Origin: Candidatus Rokuibacteriota bacterium | Lineage (GTDB): Bacteria > Methylomirabilota > Methylomirabilia > Rokubacteriales > CSP1-6 | Assembly: GCA_003220615.1 (NCBI GenBank) | Contig: QHTB01000128.1 | Coordinates: forward strand, 11,839 to 75,838 | Length of the DNA stretch: 64,000 nucleotides | Direction: 5' to 3' | Part shown: positions 35,061-45,205 of the stretch, in pieces | Layout of the letters: each line of letters begins with the position of its first letter | Position numbering within the stretch: position 1 is the first letter of the stretch | The notes under the pieces: model-generated | The model's input: the letters and a program-made list of their open reading frames with translations, nothing else | Database searches by the model: none | What the model was told of the DNA's origin: nothing | Made by a program: the position numbers and the translations under genes

Positions 35061-35549
35061 GTGCGTAGTGTGCTCGCGCTCACGATCTTCGGTGGTGGCG
35101 TCGCCCACGCCACGCTGGCGCCCGCGCTGCGCATCGGCGACGTGGCGCCCGACATCCCGCTCATCGTGGTCATCCTGCTCGCACTTCGCCGCGGCCCGGA
35201 GTTCGGCGCGATCGCGGGGTTCGCGGCCGGCCTGCTCCAGGACGTCGCCGGTGGCGGGCTCGTCGGCGCTCAGGCGCTCACGAAGGCGGTGCTCGGTTTC
35301 ACGCTGGGCGTCATCGGCGGGCGGCTCCGCGTCACGCAGCCGCTCGTGCAGGTGACGGGGCTCGTCGTGCTCAGCATCGTCGAGGGCATCCTCCGCTTCG
35401 CCATCCTCAAGATCTTTCACTTCCCGGCGCCGTTCGGTGAGTTGATGGCGTACGTGGTACTGCCGCAGGCGCTGTACAACGGCTTCCTCGGGGCCGCCCT
35501 CGTCCTGGCCCTTGCCTGGGCGGATGCCCAGCGGCATCCAGCGGCGTGA
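35061..35549 (+). CDS. mreD: Rod-shape-determining protein MreD
   Basis: A small polytopic membrane protein immediately after mreC. Confidence 0.8.
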   Translation: MRSVLALTIFGGGVAHATLAPALRIGDVAPDIPLIVVILLALRRGPEFGAIAGFAAGLLQDVAGGGLVGAQALTKAVLGFTLGVIGGRLRVTQPLVQVTGLVVLSIVEGILRFAILKIFHFPAPFGELMAYVVLPQALYNGFLGAALVLALAWADAQRHPAA

Positions 35550-37348
35550 GCTACCGCGCGCCGCTCGCTGAGCGTCGTGATCGGGGCAAGGCCCGGATCA
35601 TGGCGATCGCCGTCGCCGTCATGGGCGCCTTCCTCGTCATCGTCGGCCAGCTCTGGTATCTGCAGGTGCTCGAGGGCGGTCACTTCCTCGACGCCTCCGA
35701 CAAGAACCGGATCCGGATCCGCCCGGTGGCGGCGCCGCGCGGCATCCTCTTCGACAAGAACGGCGTCCCACTCGTCGACAATCGGCCGGCCTTCACCCTC
35801 TCGCTCATCCCACGCGAGCTCCCGCGCGAGGACCAGAACCGGGACGCCGTCCTCGGCCGCGTGGCGTCGCTGCTCCAGATCCCCTATCAGGAGCTCGCCG
35901 AGTCGGTCACCCGCGTGCCGTCCGACTCGTTCCTCCCGGTGCGCGTGCGACGCGGGTTGACGCTCGAAGACATGGCGAAGATCGAGGAGTGGAAGCTCGA
36001 GCTTCCCGGCGTGATCGTCGAGGTCGAGCCGCAGCGGACCTATCCCAATAGTCGATTCGCCGCTCACCTGCTGGGCTACGTTCGCGAGGCCAGCGACGAG
36101 CAGCTCAAGGGCGGCCGCTACCGCCGCGGCGACATGGTCGGACAGAGTGGGCTCGAGCGACTGCTGGACGAGTTCCTGCGGGGTCGTGACGGTGGCGAGC
36201 GGATCGAGGTCGATGCACTCGGCCGGCCCGTGCGCGTGGTGCAGCACACCGATCCGCATCCCGGCTCGCAGGTCATCACCACCATCGACCGGCGCGTCCA
36301 GGAAGCCGCCGAACAGGCGATGGAGGGCAAGGCCGGCGCCATCGTAGTCATGGATCCCCGCAGCGGGGACATCCGTGCGCTCGTGTCGACGCCGGCGTTC
36401 GAGATCGATCGCTTCACGGCGACGATCGATCGGGCGGCGTGGCTCCGCGTGGTCCAGGACCCCGACCATCCGTTGCTGAACCGCGCGATTCAGAGCCAGT
36501 ACGCCCCGGGCTCCATCTTCAAGATCGTCGTGACCGCGGCCGGCCTGCAGGAAGCCACGATCGCCCCGATGGACCGCGTGTACTGCAACGGCGAGTTCCA
36601 TCTGGGCGCGTGGACGTTCAAGGACTGGAAGGAAGGCGGACACGGCAGCGTCGATCTCCAGAAGGCGCTCGCCCAGTCCTGCAACATCTTCTACTACCAG
36701 GCCGGGCTCAAGATCGGCGGCGCGGCGATCACGAAGTACGCGCGTGCCTTCGGCTTCGGAACCGCGACGGGCGTGGAGCTCGGGGGCGAGAAGCTCGGCT
36801 TGATCCCGCAGCCCAAGGGGCGCCGCAAGTCCTGGCAGGGCGGTGACATCGTCAACATGTCGATCGGCCAGGGCCAGGTCCTGGTGACGCCGCTGCAGGT
36901 GGCCCGCTTCATGGCCGCGGTCGCCAACGGCGGCGTGCTCTGGAAGCCGCGTCTCGTCGAGCGCATCGAGCGTCCGGATCGAGGCGTGCTCTACAGCGAT
37001 CCGGGCCAGGTGGCCGGCCACGTGGAGCTCTCGCCCGCGGTCTGGGCGTTCCTGCGCCAGGCGCTGTGGGCGGTGGTGAACGACGGCACCGGCATCGCCG
37101 CGAAGATCCCGGGCATCGACATCGCCGGCAAGACGGGGACCGCGCAGATGATCGCGCACTCCAAGGCCGAGAAGGGCCAGGACCACGCCTGGTTCGCGGC
37201 CTTCGCGCCCGTGCGTGACCCCGAGGTCGTCGTCGTCGTCCTCGTCGAGCGCGGCGGTAAGGGCGGCCAGGTCGCGGCGCCCATCGCACGACGGATCCTC
37301 AACGCGATCTTCTTCGAGAAGGTGGCGGTGGCGGAGATTCGCGGGTGA
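35546..37348 (+). CDS. mrdA: Penicillin-binding protein 2 (elongasome transpeptidase)
   Basis: PBP dimerisation domain plus a transpeptidase domain with SIFK (SxxK), SCN (SxN) and KTGTA (KTG) motifs. Confidence 0.93.
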   Translation: MSYRAPLAERRDRGKARIMAIAVAVMGAFLVIVGQLWYLQVLEGGHFLDASDKNRIRIRPVAAPRGILFDKNGVPLVDNRPAFTLSLIPRELPREDQNRDAVLGRVASLLQIPYQELAESVTRVPSDSFLPVRVRRGLTLEDMAKIEEWKLELPGVIVEVEPQRTYPNSRFAAHLLGYVREASDEQLKGGRYRRGDMVGQSGLERLLDEFLRGRDGGERIEVDALGRPVRVVQHTDPHPGSQVITTIDRRVQEAAEQAMEGKAGAIVVMDPRSGDIRALVSTPAFEIDRFTATIDRAAWLRVVQDPDHPLLNRAIQSQYAPGSIFKIVVTAAGLQEATIAPMDRVYCNGEFHLGAWTFKDWKEGGHGSVDLQKALAQSCNIFYYQAGLKIGGAAITKYARAFGFGTATGVELGGEKLGLIPQPKGRRKSWQGGDIVNMSIGQGQVLVTPLQVARFMAAVANGGVLWKPRLVERIERPDRGVLYSDPGQVAGHVELSPAVWAFLRQALWAVVNDGTGIAAKIPGIDIAGKTGTAQMIAHSKAEKGQDHAWFAAFAPVRDPEVVVVVLVERGGKGGQVAAPIARRILNAIFFEKVAVAEIRG

Positions 37349-37352
37349 GCCG

Positions 37353-38444
37353 ATGATCGGCATCGACCGGCGGCTCCTCCAGAACGTCGACTGGCCGCTG
37401 CTGGGTGGAACGTGTGGCCTCGTCGTGCTCAGCGCGATCACGCTCTCCACCCTGCACGTCGGCCGCGCCGGCGGCACCGTGGTGCTCCGACAGCTCGGAT
37501 GGTTCGGGGTGGGTCTGATCGCGATGGTGATCGTCGCCAGCATCGACTACAGGAAGCTCGTCCGCATCGCCCCCGGCATGTATGTGCTCGGTCTGGCCGG
37601 CCTCGTGGGCGTCTTCGCCCTCGGGCGGTCGGTGTCGGGTGCGCGGCGGTGGATCGTGCTCGGCCCGCTCAGCGTCCAGCCGGCCGAGCTCTTCAAGCTC
37701 GCCTTCTTGCTCACGGTCGTGTGGCTGCTGGTGTCCCGCTGGGCTCAGCCCATCACGCCCGGTGTACTCGCGCTTCTCGCTCCTGTCGCGGCCGTGCCGT
37801 TCGTGCTGATCGTCAAGCAGCCCGACCTGGGCACGGCGCTGTTGCTCATGCCTCTCCTGCTGGTCCTCCTGGTGGGCGCGGGAGTTCGCGTTCGCCTGCT
37901 CGCCGGACTCGGCCTCGCCGGTCTGGCGGCGGCGCCGATCGCCTGGTTCGCCCTCAAGGAGTACCAGCGGGAACGCATCATGGTGTTCCTGGATCCGTTC
38001 CGCGACCCGCTCGGGAGCGCGTACAACGTGATCCAGGCCAAGATCGCCATCGGATCGGGACAGCTCCTCGGGAAGGGCGTCGCCGGAGCGACGCAGAGCC
38101 GCTTGGCCTTCCTCCCGGAGCGTCATACGGATTTCATCTTCGCCGTATTCGCCGAGATGTGGGGGTTCGTCGGGTGTCTCGTGCTGCTCGCCTGCTATGT
38201 CCTGCTCCTCCTGCGGGGGTTCGACATCGCGGCCACGGCGCGAGAACCGGTTGGACGTCTGGTCGCGCTCGGCGCGACGTCCCTCGTCGCCGCCCAGGTC
38301 CTCATCAACGTGGGGATGGTCGTCGGGCTGCTACCCGTCGTGGGGATTCCGCTGCCGCTCATGAGTTACGGCGGCTCGTCGATGCTGGTCTCCATGATGG
38401 CCCTCGGGCTTCTCCTCTCCGTGCGGATGCGGCAGTTCCAATGA
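37353..38444 (+). CDS. rodA: SEDS-family peptidoglycan polymerase RodA
   Basis: Internal ATG of ORF 37215..38444 (MIGIDRRLLQNVDWPLLGG...), with the FtsW/RodA/SpoVE motifs PERHTDFIFA and PLPLMSYGGSS. Confidence 0.93.
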   Translation: MIGIDRRLLQNVDWPLLGGTCGLVVLSAITLSTLHVGRAGGTVVLRQLGWFGVGLIAMVIVASIDYRKLVRIAPGMYVLGLAGLVGVFALGRSVSGARRWIVLGPLSVQPAELFKLAFLLTVVWLLVSRWAQPITPGVLALLAPVAAVPFVLIVKQPDLGTALLLMPLLLVLLVGAGVRVRLLAGLGLAGLAAAPIAWFALKEYQRERIMVFLDPFRDPLGSAYNVIQAKIAIGSGQLLGKGVAGATQSRLAFLPERHTDFIFAVFAEMWGFVGCLVLLACYVLLLLRGFDIAATAREPVGRLVALGATSLVAAQVLINVGMVVGLLPVVGIPLPLMSYGGSSMLVSMMALGLLLSVRMRQFQ

Positions 38445-38498
38445 GGCCACCGGACGCCGACGTGAGATCGCGACCGGTCCGGCCAGAGAGGTGCTGCC

Positions 38499-40043
38499 GT
38501 GGGCAAGCGTATCGTCGTCAACGCGGACGTCCTGGAAACGCGCGTGGCGGTCCAGGAGGGCCATCTCCTCACCGAGCTCTATCTCGAGCGGCATGGTCGC
38601 CGCTCCGTCGTCGGGAGCATCTATAAAGGTGTCGTGACGAACGTCCTGCCTGGCATGCAGGCGGCGTTCGTCGACATCGGCCTCCACAAGGACGCCTTTC
38701 TCTACGCCGGGGACTACACCGCCAACATCGGCGACGCCGGTGAGGAGATCGCGGCCGTCGAGGACGCTATCGACGGCGATCACCCGGATGGCGTGGACGC
38801 CGACGACGAGGCTGACGAAGCCCCTCGACGTGAGCCGCGACAGCCGATCGAAGACGTGCTCCGCAAGGGCCAGGAGATCCTCGTCCAGGTGGCCAAGGAG
38901 CCGCTCGGGACCAAGGGCGCGCGGATCACCTCGTTCATCTCGCTGCCCGGCCGGTATCTCGTGTACATGCCGCAGGCCCACCACATCGGCGTCTCGCGCC
39001 GGATCCACGACGAGGTCGAGCGTGACCGCCTGCGCGCTGCCGTGCGGGCGCTCAATCCGCCGCCTGGCGGCTTCATCGTGCGTACCAACGGCGAAGGCCG
39101 CGGCGAGACGGAGTTCGGCGCCGACGTCGAGTTCCTGAGCCGGTTGTGGGCACAGGTGCGCAACCGCTACGAGAGCGTCAAGGGGCCTGCCGTCCTGCAC
39201 GAAGAAGGTGATCTCACGTTCCGCGTCGTGCGCGATCTCCTCTCGCCGGAGGTGGACGAGTTCCTCGTCGACAGCCGGGAGGTGTACGACAAGTGCCTCG
39301 GCTACGTGGAGGCGCTGGTGCCGGCGATGGCCGAGCGCGTGAAGTTCTACGAGGGCACGACGCCGATCTTCGAGTCGTTCGGCATCGAGAAGGACATCGA
39401 GAAGGCATTGCGTCGGCGCGTGTGGCTGAAGTCCGGCGGCTACATCGTGATCGACCACACCGAGGCGCTCGTCTCCATCGACGTCAACACCGGCAAATAC
39501 GTGGGCAAGCGGGATTTCGAGCAGACCGTCCTGAAGATCAACCTCGAGGCGGTCGGCGAGGTCGTGCGCCAGATCCGGCTCCGCGATCTGGGCGGCATCA
39601 TCATCATCGACTTCATCGACATGGAGGTGGCCGAGCACCGCGAGCAGGTGTACCGGCAGCTCAAGAAGGCGCTGGTCGAGGACAAGGCTCGGACCAACGT
39701 GCTCGAGATCTCCGAGCTGGGCCTCGTCGAGATGACGCGCAAGCGCGTGCGCCAGGACCTACGCTCGCTGCTGACCGTTCGCTGCCCGACGTGCGCGGGG
39801 AGTGGCGTGACGAAGTCCGAGGTGACCGTGGCCGGCGAGATCTTTCGCGCCATTCGGGTCCAGCGCACGGAGGCGGAAGGGCGCGAGATCGTCCTTCGCG
39901 CACACCCCGACGTGGTCGGCTACCTGGAGGGCGATGCTCGCGACGCCCTGACCAGGCTCGCGGCGACTCTCGACATCAAGATCACGGTGAACGCGACCGG
40001 CCCTCAATCGCCGCGCGAGGAGTATCAGCTCCAGGTCCGCTGA
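38499..40043 (+). CDS. rng: Ribonuclease G/E family (Rng/CafA-like)
   Basis: S1 domain (GSIYKGVVTNVLPGMQAAFVDIG), catalytic region GGIIIIDFIDM, and its position after mreBCD-mrdA-rodA. Confidence 0.9.
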   Translation: MGKRIVVNADVLETRVAVQEGHLLTELYLERHGRRSVVGSIYKGVVTNVLPGMQAAFVDIGLHKDAFLYAGDYTANIGDAGEEIAAVEDAIDGDHPDGVDADDEADEAPRREPRQPIEDVLRKGQEILVQVAKEPLGTKGARITSFISLPGRYLVYMPQAHHIGVSRRIHDEVERDRLRAAVRALNPPPGGFIVRTNGEGRGETEFGADVEFLSRLWAQVRNRYESVKGPAVLHEEGDLTFRVVRDLLSPEVDEFLVDSREVYDKCLGYVEALVPAMAERVKFYEGTTPIFESFGIEKDIEKALRRRVWLKSGGYIVIDHTEALVSIDVNTGKYVGKRDFEQTVLKINLEAVGEVVRQIRLRDLGGIIIIDFIDMEVAEHREQVYRQLKKALVEDKARTNVLEISELGLVEMTRKRVRQDLRSLLTVRCPTCAGSGVTKSEVTVAGEIFRAIRVQRTEAEGREIVLRAHPDVVGYLEGDARDALTRLAATLDIKITVNATGPQSPREEYQLQVR

Positions 40044-40208
40044 GCACGCCCGCGCGAGCCCAACCGCAGAACCGGTCACGCCGAGACGCCGGGTGGCCAC
40101 GCTCCGCTTCGACCACGAGCCCGGATCGATCAGTGCGTTTCGACCTTCCGCCGTTGCGCCCGGCTTCGTACAGGTGCCCTCGGCGGGCCGGAAGTCGGGC
40201 GGTGGGGC

Positions 40209-40595
40209 GTGGTAGCATCCGGGCCGGTCATGGCACGCCCATCGGCCTCGCGAGTCTCGACGGGTAAAGTGCTGCGCGAGCTGCGTGTCGCCTCACGCCG
40301 CGGCGATCGGGCCGCGCTCACCGTCGCCCTCGACCTGATGCGGACGCTGGCGCTGTCGCCACGCTACTGGGAGCGCTACCTGACGCTGCTCCGCAATCCG
40401 CTGGCGCGTCTGGTCGACCTGCTCGTCATCAAGCAGGGGGACCGCATCGCCCACCAAAAAGGCTGGAAGCTCTCACGCCAGGCGCCGCGCAAGCCCCCGC
40501 CCAAAGCCAAGAAAGATAGCAAGGATAAGAAGGCCCCGCGCCGCCGCGCCACGGTGCCGAGCTCGGAGCAACAACCCACGCTCTTCGATCTCTGA
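40209..40595 (+). CDS. Small basic hypothetical protein with a C-terminal QPTLFDL tail
   Basis: A helical N-terminal part, a Lys/Pro-rich basic linker, and an extreme C-terminus EQQPTLFDL. An alternative start is at 40230. Confidence 0.5.
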   Translation: MVASGPVMARPSASRVSTGKVLRELRVASRRGDRAALTVALDLMRTLALSPRYWERYLTLLRNPLARLVDLLVIKQGDRIAHQKGWKLSRQAPRKPPPKAKKDSKDKKAPRRRATVPSSEQQPTLFDL

Positions 40596-40658
40596 GCCTG
40601 CCGCGATCGTTTGACAGGCAGCCCGGACGGACGCAGAATACCCCCTGAGGGTACCAGG

Positions 40659-40940
40659 ATGCTCGACGACGCCACCAAAGCGAAGACGCTGGGCCGATTG
40701 CGCCGCATCGAGGGCCAGGTGCAGGGGCTGCAACGCATGATCGGTAACGACGCCTACTGCGTGGACATCCTCCTCCAGATCTCCGCGGTGCAGGGCGCGC
40801 TCGATCAGGTCCAGAAGCTGTTGCTCGCCCGCCATGTCGAATCGTGCGTGGCCGACGCCTTCCGCGCCGGAGGGCGGAGCGAGCGCCAGCGCAAGATCGA
40901 CGAGCTGCTCGAGGTGTTCACGCGCTTCGGAGCCAAGTGA
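40659..40940 (+). CDS. csoR: CsoR/RcnR-family metal-sensing repressor
   Basis: [36 protein letters not shown]...HVESC (C-H-C ligand pattern). Internal Met of ORF 40611..40940. Confidence 0.88.
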   Translation: MLDDATKAKTLGRLRRIEGQVQGLQRMIGNDAYCVDILLQISAVQGALDQVQKLLLARHVESCVADAFRAGGRSERQRKIDELLEVFTRFGAK

Positions 40941-43177
40941 TGTCGCCTCAGGCCGAACGTTTGACCCTGCCCGTGCGCGGCATGCACTGCGCGGCCTGTG
41001 TCGGCAAGGTGGAGCGCGCGCTGACCTCCGTGCCCGGCGTCGACGAGGCCACCGTGAACCTGGCCACCGAGAAGGCGACGGTGACCTTCGATTCCACGCG
41101 GACCGACGTCACCAGGCTGCAAGACGCCGTCGCGCGGGCCGGCTACGAGCTCGTGGAGCCCCGCGAGGCGGCCGGCCAGACGCCCGACCGTGAACAGTCC
41201 GCCCGCGAGGAAACGCAACGGCGGGCGCGCTCGAAGTTCGTCGTGGGCGCGATCCTGTCGGTGCCCATCGTCATCGGCAGTATGGTGGAGGTTTTTCCCT
41301 GGGCGCCGGCCTGGCTGCACAATCCCTGGCTCCTCTGGGCGTTGGCCACCCCGGTCCAGTTCTGGGTGGGCTTCGAGTTCCACGCCGGGTTCCTTCGCGA
41401 TCTCCGCCACCGGACCGCCAGCATGTCGACGCTCGTCTCCATCGGCACGAACGCCGCGTACTTCTTCAGCCTGGCCGTGACGCTGTGGCCGCACGTGTTC
41501 ATGCCAGCCGGCGGGATGACCTACTACGAGACGGGCGCCGTCGTCATCACGCTCGTCGTGCTCGGCCGCTGGCTGGAGGCACGGGCTCGCGGTCGGACGT
41601 CGGAGGCGATCCGCCGGCTCGTCCGCCTGGCTCCGCGCACGGCGCGCATCGTCCGCGAGGGCCGCGAGCTCGACGTGCCGACGACCGAGGTCGGGGTGGG
41701 CGATCTCGTCCGCATCAGGCCCGGCGAGCGCATTCCGGTCGACGGCGTCGTCCTCGAAGGAGCGTCGACGATCGACGAGTCGATGCTCACGGGTGAAAGC
41801 CTGCCGGTCGAGAAGACCGCCGAGTCCCGGGTCGTCGCCGGTTCGGTGAATCAGACCGGCGCCCTGCTCTTCCGCGCCACCCACGTGGGCAGCGAGACGA
41901 CGCTGGCGCGCATCGTGCGACTCGTCGAAGACGCGCAGGCCTCGCGTGCCCCCATTCAGCGGCTGGCCGACCGGGTCGCCGCGGTCTTCGTGCCGATCGT
42001 GCTCGTCATCGCTGGTGCGACGTGTCTCGCCTGGCTCGCATTCGGGCCGGAGCCGCGACTGCCGATGGCGCTGACGACGGCGGTGGCGGTGCTCGTCATC
42101 GCCTGCCCGTGCGCGATGGGCCTGGCCACGCCGACCGCCATCATGGTCGGGACCGGTAAGGGAGCGGAGCACGGGGTTCTCATCAAGAGCGCCACCGCGC
42201 TCGAGGTGCTCCATCGCGTGGACACGATCGTCTTCGACAAGACGGGCACGCTCACCGTCGGCCGGCCCGAGGTGACGGATATCGTGACCGTCCCGGGCGT
42301 CGGTGAAGACGACGCGCTGGCGGTGGCCGCCGGGGCCGAGCAGGCCTCGGAGCATCCGCTCGGCGAGGCGATCGTTCGCCTCGCCAAGGAGCGTGGACTC
42401 GCGCTGCCACCCGTGGGCGAGTTCACCGCGGTGCCCGGTCAGGGCATCGACACCATGGCGCCGGACGGGCGGATCCTTCTCGGTAACGAGACGATGATGA
42501 ACGAGCGCGGGATCGACGTGAGCCTGCTGGCCGATCGCGCCATCGCGCTGCAAGCCCAGGGCAAGACGGTGGTCTTTCTCGCGTTCGCCGGCCGGTTGCT
42601 CGCCCTCATCGCCGTGGCCGACGTGCTCAAGCCGGACGCCGCCGCCACCATCCGCCGACTGCGCGAGATGGGCCTCGCCGTCGCCATGCTCAGCGGCGAC
42701 AACCGCCGCACCGCGGAGGCCATCGCGCGAGAGGCCGGCATCGAGCGCGTGCTGGCCGAGGTGCTGCCCGCGGACAAAGCCGGTGAGATCAAGCGGCTGC
42801 AGGAGGGAGGTCATCGCGTCGCGATGGTCGGCGACGGTATCAACGACGCCCCGGCACTCACCCAGGCCGACGTCGGGATCGTGATGGGCTCGGGCACCGA
42901 CGTCGCGATCGAAGCCGCCGACGTCACGCTGATGCGCAGCGACGTCGCGGGCGTGGTGGTCGCCCTCGAGCTTTCGCGGCGAACGATCCAGATCGTCAAG
43001 CAGAACCTGGGCTGGGCGTTCGGCTACAACATCCTGCTCATTCCGGTCGCCGCCGGTGTGCTCTATCCGCTTGCCGGCGTGCTGCTGTCCCCGATCCTGG
43101 CCGGTGCGGCGATGGCGTTCTCGTCCGTGTCGGTCGTCACCAACAGTCTGCGTTTGAAGCGCTGGCGGCCGGCATGA
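40940..43177 (+). CDS. copA: Copper-translocating P1B-type ATPase
   Basis: HMA domain [12 protein letters not shown], the CPC motif ([12 protein letters not shown]), DKTGTLT, and GDGINDAP. The ATG overlaps the csoR stop (ATGA). Confidence 0.95.
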   Translation: MSPQAERLTLPVRGMHCAACVGKVERALTSVPGVDEATVNLATEKATVTFDSTRTDVTRLQDAVARAGYELVEPREAAGQTPDREQSAREETQRRARSKFVVGAILSVPIVIGSMVEVFPWAPAWLHNPWLLWALATPVQFWVGFEFHAGFLRDLRHRTASMSTLVSIGTNAAYFFSLAVTLWPHVFMPAGGMTYYETGAVVITLVVLGRWLEARARGRTSEAIRRLVRLAPRTARIVREGRELDVPTTEVGVGDLVRIRPGERIPVDGVVLEGASTIDESMLTGESLPVEKTAESRVVAGSVNQTGALLFRATHVGSETTLARIVRLVEDAQASRAPIQRLADRVAAVFVPIVLVIAGATCLAWLAFGPEPRLPMALTTAVAVLVIACPCAMGLATPTAIMVGTGKGAEHGVLIKSATALEVLHRVDTIVFDKTGTLTVGRPEVTDIVTVPGVGEDDALAVAAGAEQASEHPLGEAIVRLAKERGLALPPVGEFTAVPGQGIDTMAPDGRILLGNETMMNERGIDVSLLADRAIALQAQGKTVVFLAFAGRLLALIAVADVLKPDAAATIRRLREMGLAVAMLSGDNRRTAEAIAREAGIERVLAEVLPADKAGEIKRLQEGGHRVAMVGDGINDAPALTQADVGIVMGSGTDVAIEAADVTLMRSDVAGVVVALELSRRTIQIVKQNLGWAFGYNILLIPVAAGVLYPLAGVLLSPILAGAAMAFSSVSVVTNSLRLKRWRPA

Positions 43178-43217
43178 CCAGACGATGGCGCCCAGCGTCC
43201 CTGAAGGAGGGACCACG

Positions 43218-43394
43218 ATGGCGGTTGATCCCGTCTGCAAGATGACCGTCGAGCCCGCCAAGGCGGCGGCGCAATCGAGCTACAAGGGTCAGGCCTATTA
43301 CTTCTGCGCGGTGGGCTGCAAGCAGAAGTTCGACCGCGAGCCCGAGAAGTATCTCGCGGGCGGCAAGAGCGACATGGCGGGCAGCGCGAGGTAA
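43218..43394 (+). CDS. YHS/TRASH-domain metal-binding protein
   Basis: VDPVCKMTVEPAKAAAQSSYKGQAYYFCAVGCKQKFDREPEKY. Confidence 0.8.
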   Translation: MAVDPVCKMTVEPAKAAAQSSYKGQAYYFCAVGCKQKFDREPEKYLAGGKSDMAGSAR

Positions 43395-43397
43395 CTG

Positions 43398-44279
43398 GTG
43401 ATCCAGCCGGCCGTGCTCCGCGGTCGCGCCAGCTACGAGCGCACCATGGAGGGCTGGACCGACGACGCCGACGGTGACGCGCTCGCCCACACGGTGCGTC
43501 TCACCGACGCCGACCGTCAGATCGAATTGCGGGCGGTGACGACGACGTCACCAACCTACGAGATCCGCCATGCCTCCTGCCGAGTCCTGGGTGGTGACGT
43601 GGCATCGGTCGGCGCTGGAATCGCCTCACTGTGCGGGGCTCGAATGATCGCGGGCTTCACGCGTCGTGTGGCCGAGGCGGTCGGCAATGGCGCAGGCGCC
43701 GCCTTCGTCGTCGATGCGGCGATCGAGGTTGCTCGCCTGGCGCGCCAGGTGGCCAAGCTCCCGCGCGATCAGGCGGAGCGGGCGGCCAGTGGCGACGCGC
43801 TCGACTGTTGGGAGCTCGACACCACGGGGTGGATCGACCTGCCGGACTCGTGCTTCACTTACAGCGCGGCCGGGCGCTCGCTCTTCGGCACACGGCCGAT
43901 CGCGACGCCGATGCAGCCCGACCTCTACAGCCCACGCCGGGGCCAGCAACGTGTCTTCGTCAGGCGGAAGGTGGCGCGGCTCACGAGCCTCGACGGCCGC
44001 CTGGTGCTCTTCCACTCGATGCACGACAACGTCCACGGCTTCGAGATCACCTACGAGCTCGACGCGGCCACCGGACGCGTGCTCCGCGCCGAGCACGTCA
44101 CGCCGAAGCTCCCGTACATGGGGATCTGCTCCGAGCCGCAGCGCCGGATCAATACGCTCGTCGGTGAGATCGCCGATGACGGGTTGCGCAAGCGCCTCGG
44201 GCCCCTCATCGGCGGCGCTTCCGGCTGCGCGCAGCTCTACGATCTCACCGCGGATGTCCTGAAGCTACTCGCCCCCTAA
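43398..44279 (+). CDS. DUF2889-like protein
   Basis: The C-terminal half (HDNVHGFEITYELDAATGRVLRAEHVTPKLPYMGICSEP...GASGCAQLYDL) fits my memory of the DUF2889 pattern. The N-terminal half looks like a diverged repeat. Confidence 0.55.
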   Translation: MIQPAVLRGRASYERTMEGWTDDADGDALAHTVRLTDADRQIELRAVTTTSPTYEIRHASCRVLGGDVASVGAGIASLCGARMIAGFTRRVAEAVGNGAGAAFVVDAAIEVARLARQVAKLPRDQAERAASGDALDCWELDTTGWIDLPDSCFTYSAAGRSLFGTRPIATPMQPDLYSPRRGQQRVFVRRKVARLTSLDGRLVLFHSMHDNVHGFEITYELDAATGRVLRAEHVTPKLPYMGICSEPQRRINTLVGEIADDGLRKRLGPLIGGASGCAQLYDLTADVLKLLAP

Positions 44280-45182
44280 CGTCGCGGTGAGGTGCGTGTC
44301 GAGATAGAGGTCGTCGGTGAAGTCCGAGAGCCCGACGCTCGAGGGCGTGCGCCCCGCGAAGGCGGCGCGTGGCGCCAGCCCGACCAGTTCGCCCCGCCGG
44401 ATCGCAACGCCACGACGCTGGGCTTCGCGCTCGACGGCATCGAAGGCGACCGGGATCGACGTCACGCGATAGTCGAGGAGGTTCATCGAGACCTGGACGA
44501 CGCCGCGGCTCGTGAGTGGCATGCCCAGCGCTTGAACGGCAGGCAAGCCACCGGTCGCCTCGCGGATCGTTCGGGCGATGGCGCCGGCCACCTCGAGCTT
44601 CGTCGACTCGAGCCAGACGTTGTACGCGACGAGGACGTTACGCGCGCCCACGAGGATGGCGCCTCGACGGGGGTCGAACCGCGGCGGTCCGGCGTCGGGC
44701 TCACCGTCGGGCGTCGCCAGACGCGCGGCCAGCGCTTCGTAGCCGCCGCGGCGGGCGTCGGGAAGGCGGCGGTGGTGATCACGCAGTGCCGCGAAGCCGT
44801 AGAAATAGACGGGAAGCTCGTGCCGCTCGGCGAGTGCCCGGCCCACGTCGTGGGCGAGGGCCACCACGTGATCCATCGTGAGGCCGCTGATCGGGACGAA
44901 GGGCAGCACGTCGAGGGCGCCGATCCGTGGATGACTGCCGTGATGGTTGCGAAGGTCCACGATGGCCAACGCGTTGTCGGCCAGCGCTTGTGCGGCCGTG
45001 TGCACGACGTCTGGCCCGCCGAGAAACGAGAAGACCGACCGATGGTGATCGGGATCGAGATGGACGTTCGCGAGACGGGCCCCGGCCTGGCGGATGGACA
45101 TCGCGAGCCGCTGCACGACGGTGGCGTCGCGCCCCTCACTCACGTTGGGAACGCACTCGACCACGACGGGGGTGCGATCCAC
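44265..45182 (-). CDS. Glutamate formimidoyltransferase (FtcD N-terminal type)
   Basis: VECVPNVSEGRD...HHRSVFSF...HPRIGALDVLPFVP. Confidence 0.85.
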   Translation of the reverse strand: MDRTPVVVECVPNVSEGRDATVVQRLAMSIRQAGARLANVHLDPDHHRSVFSFLGGPDVVHTAAQALADNALAIVDLRNHHGSHPRIGALDVLPFVPISGLTMDHVVALAHDVGRALAERHELPVYFYGFAALRDHHRRLPDARRGGYEALAARLATPDGEPDAGPPRFDPRRGAILVGARNVLVAYNVWLESTKLEVAGAIARTIREATGGLPAVQALGMPLTSRGVVQVSMNLLDYRVTSIPVAFDAVEREAQRRGVAIRRGELVGLAPRAAFAGRTPSSVGLSDFTDDLYLDTHLTATLGGE

Positions 45183-45205
45183 GGCGGTATACTACCCGGC
45201 GCCTT

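Noticed and set aside
43185-43217. Longer N-termini for several genes taken from the ORF track: YHS 43185, csoR 40611, groES 13689, PPOX 27153, ggt 45985, rodA 37215 and MFS 24946.
   Set aside because: The extensions overlap upstream genes or lack similarity to the family N-termini. Internal starts give canonical lengths and typical SD sequences or stop-start overlaps.
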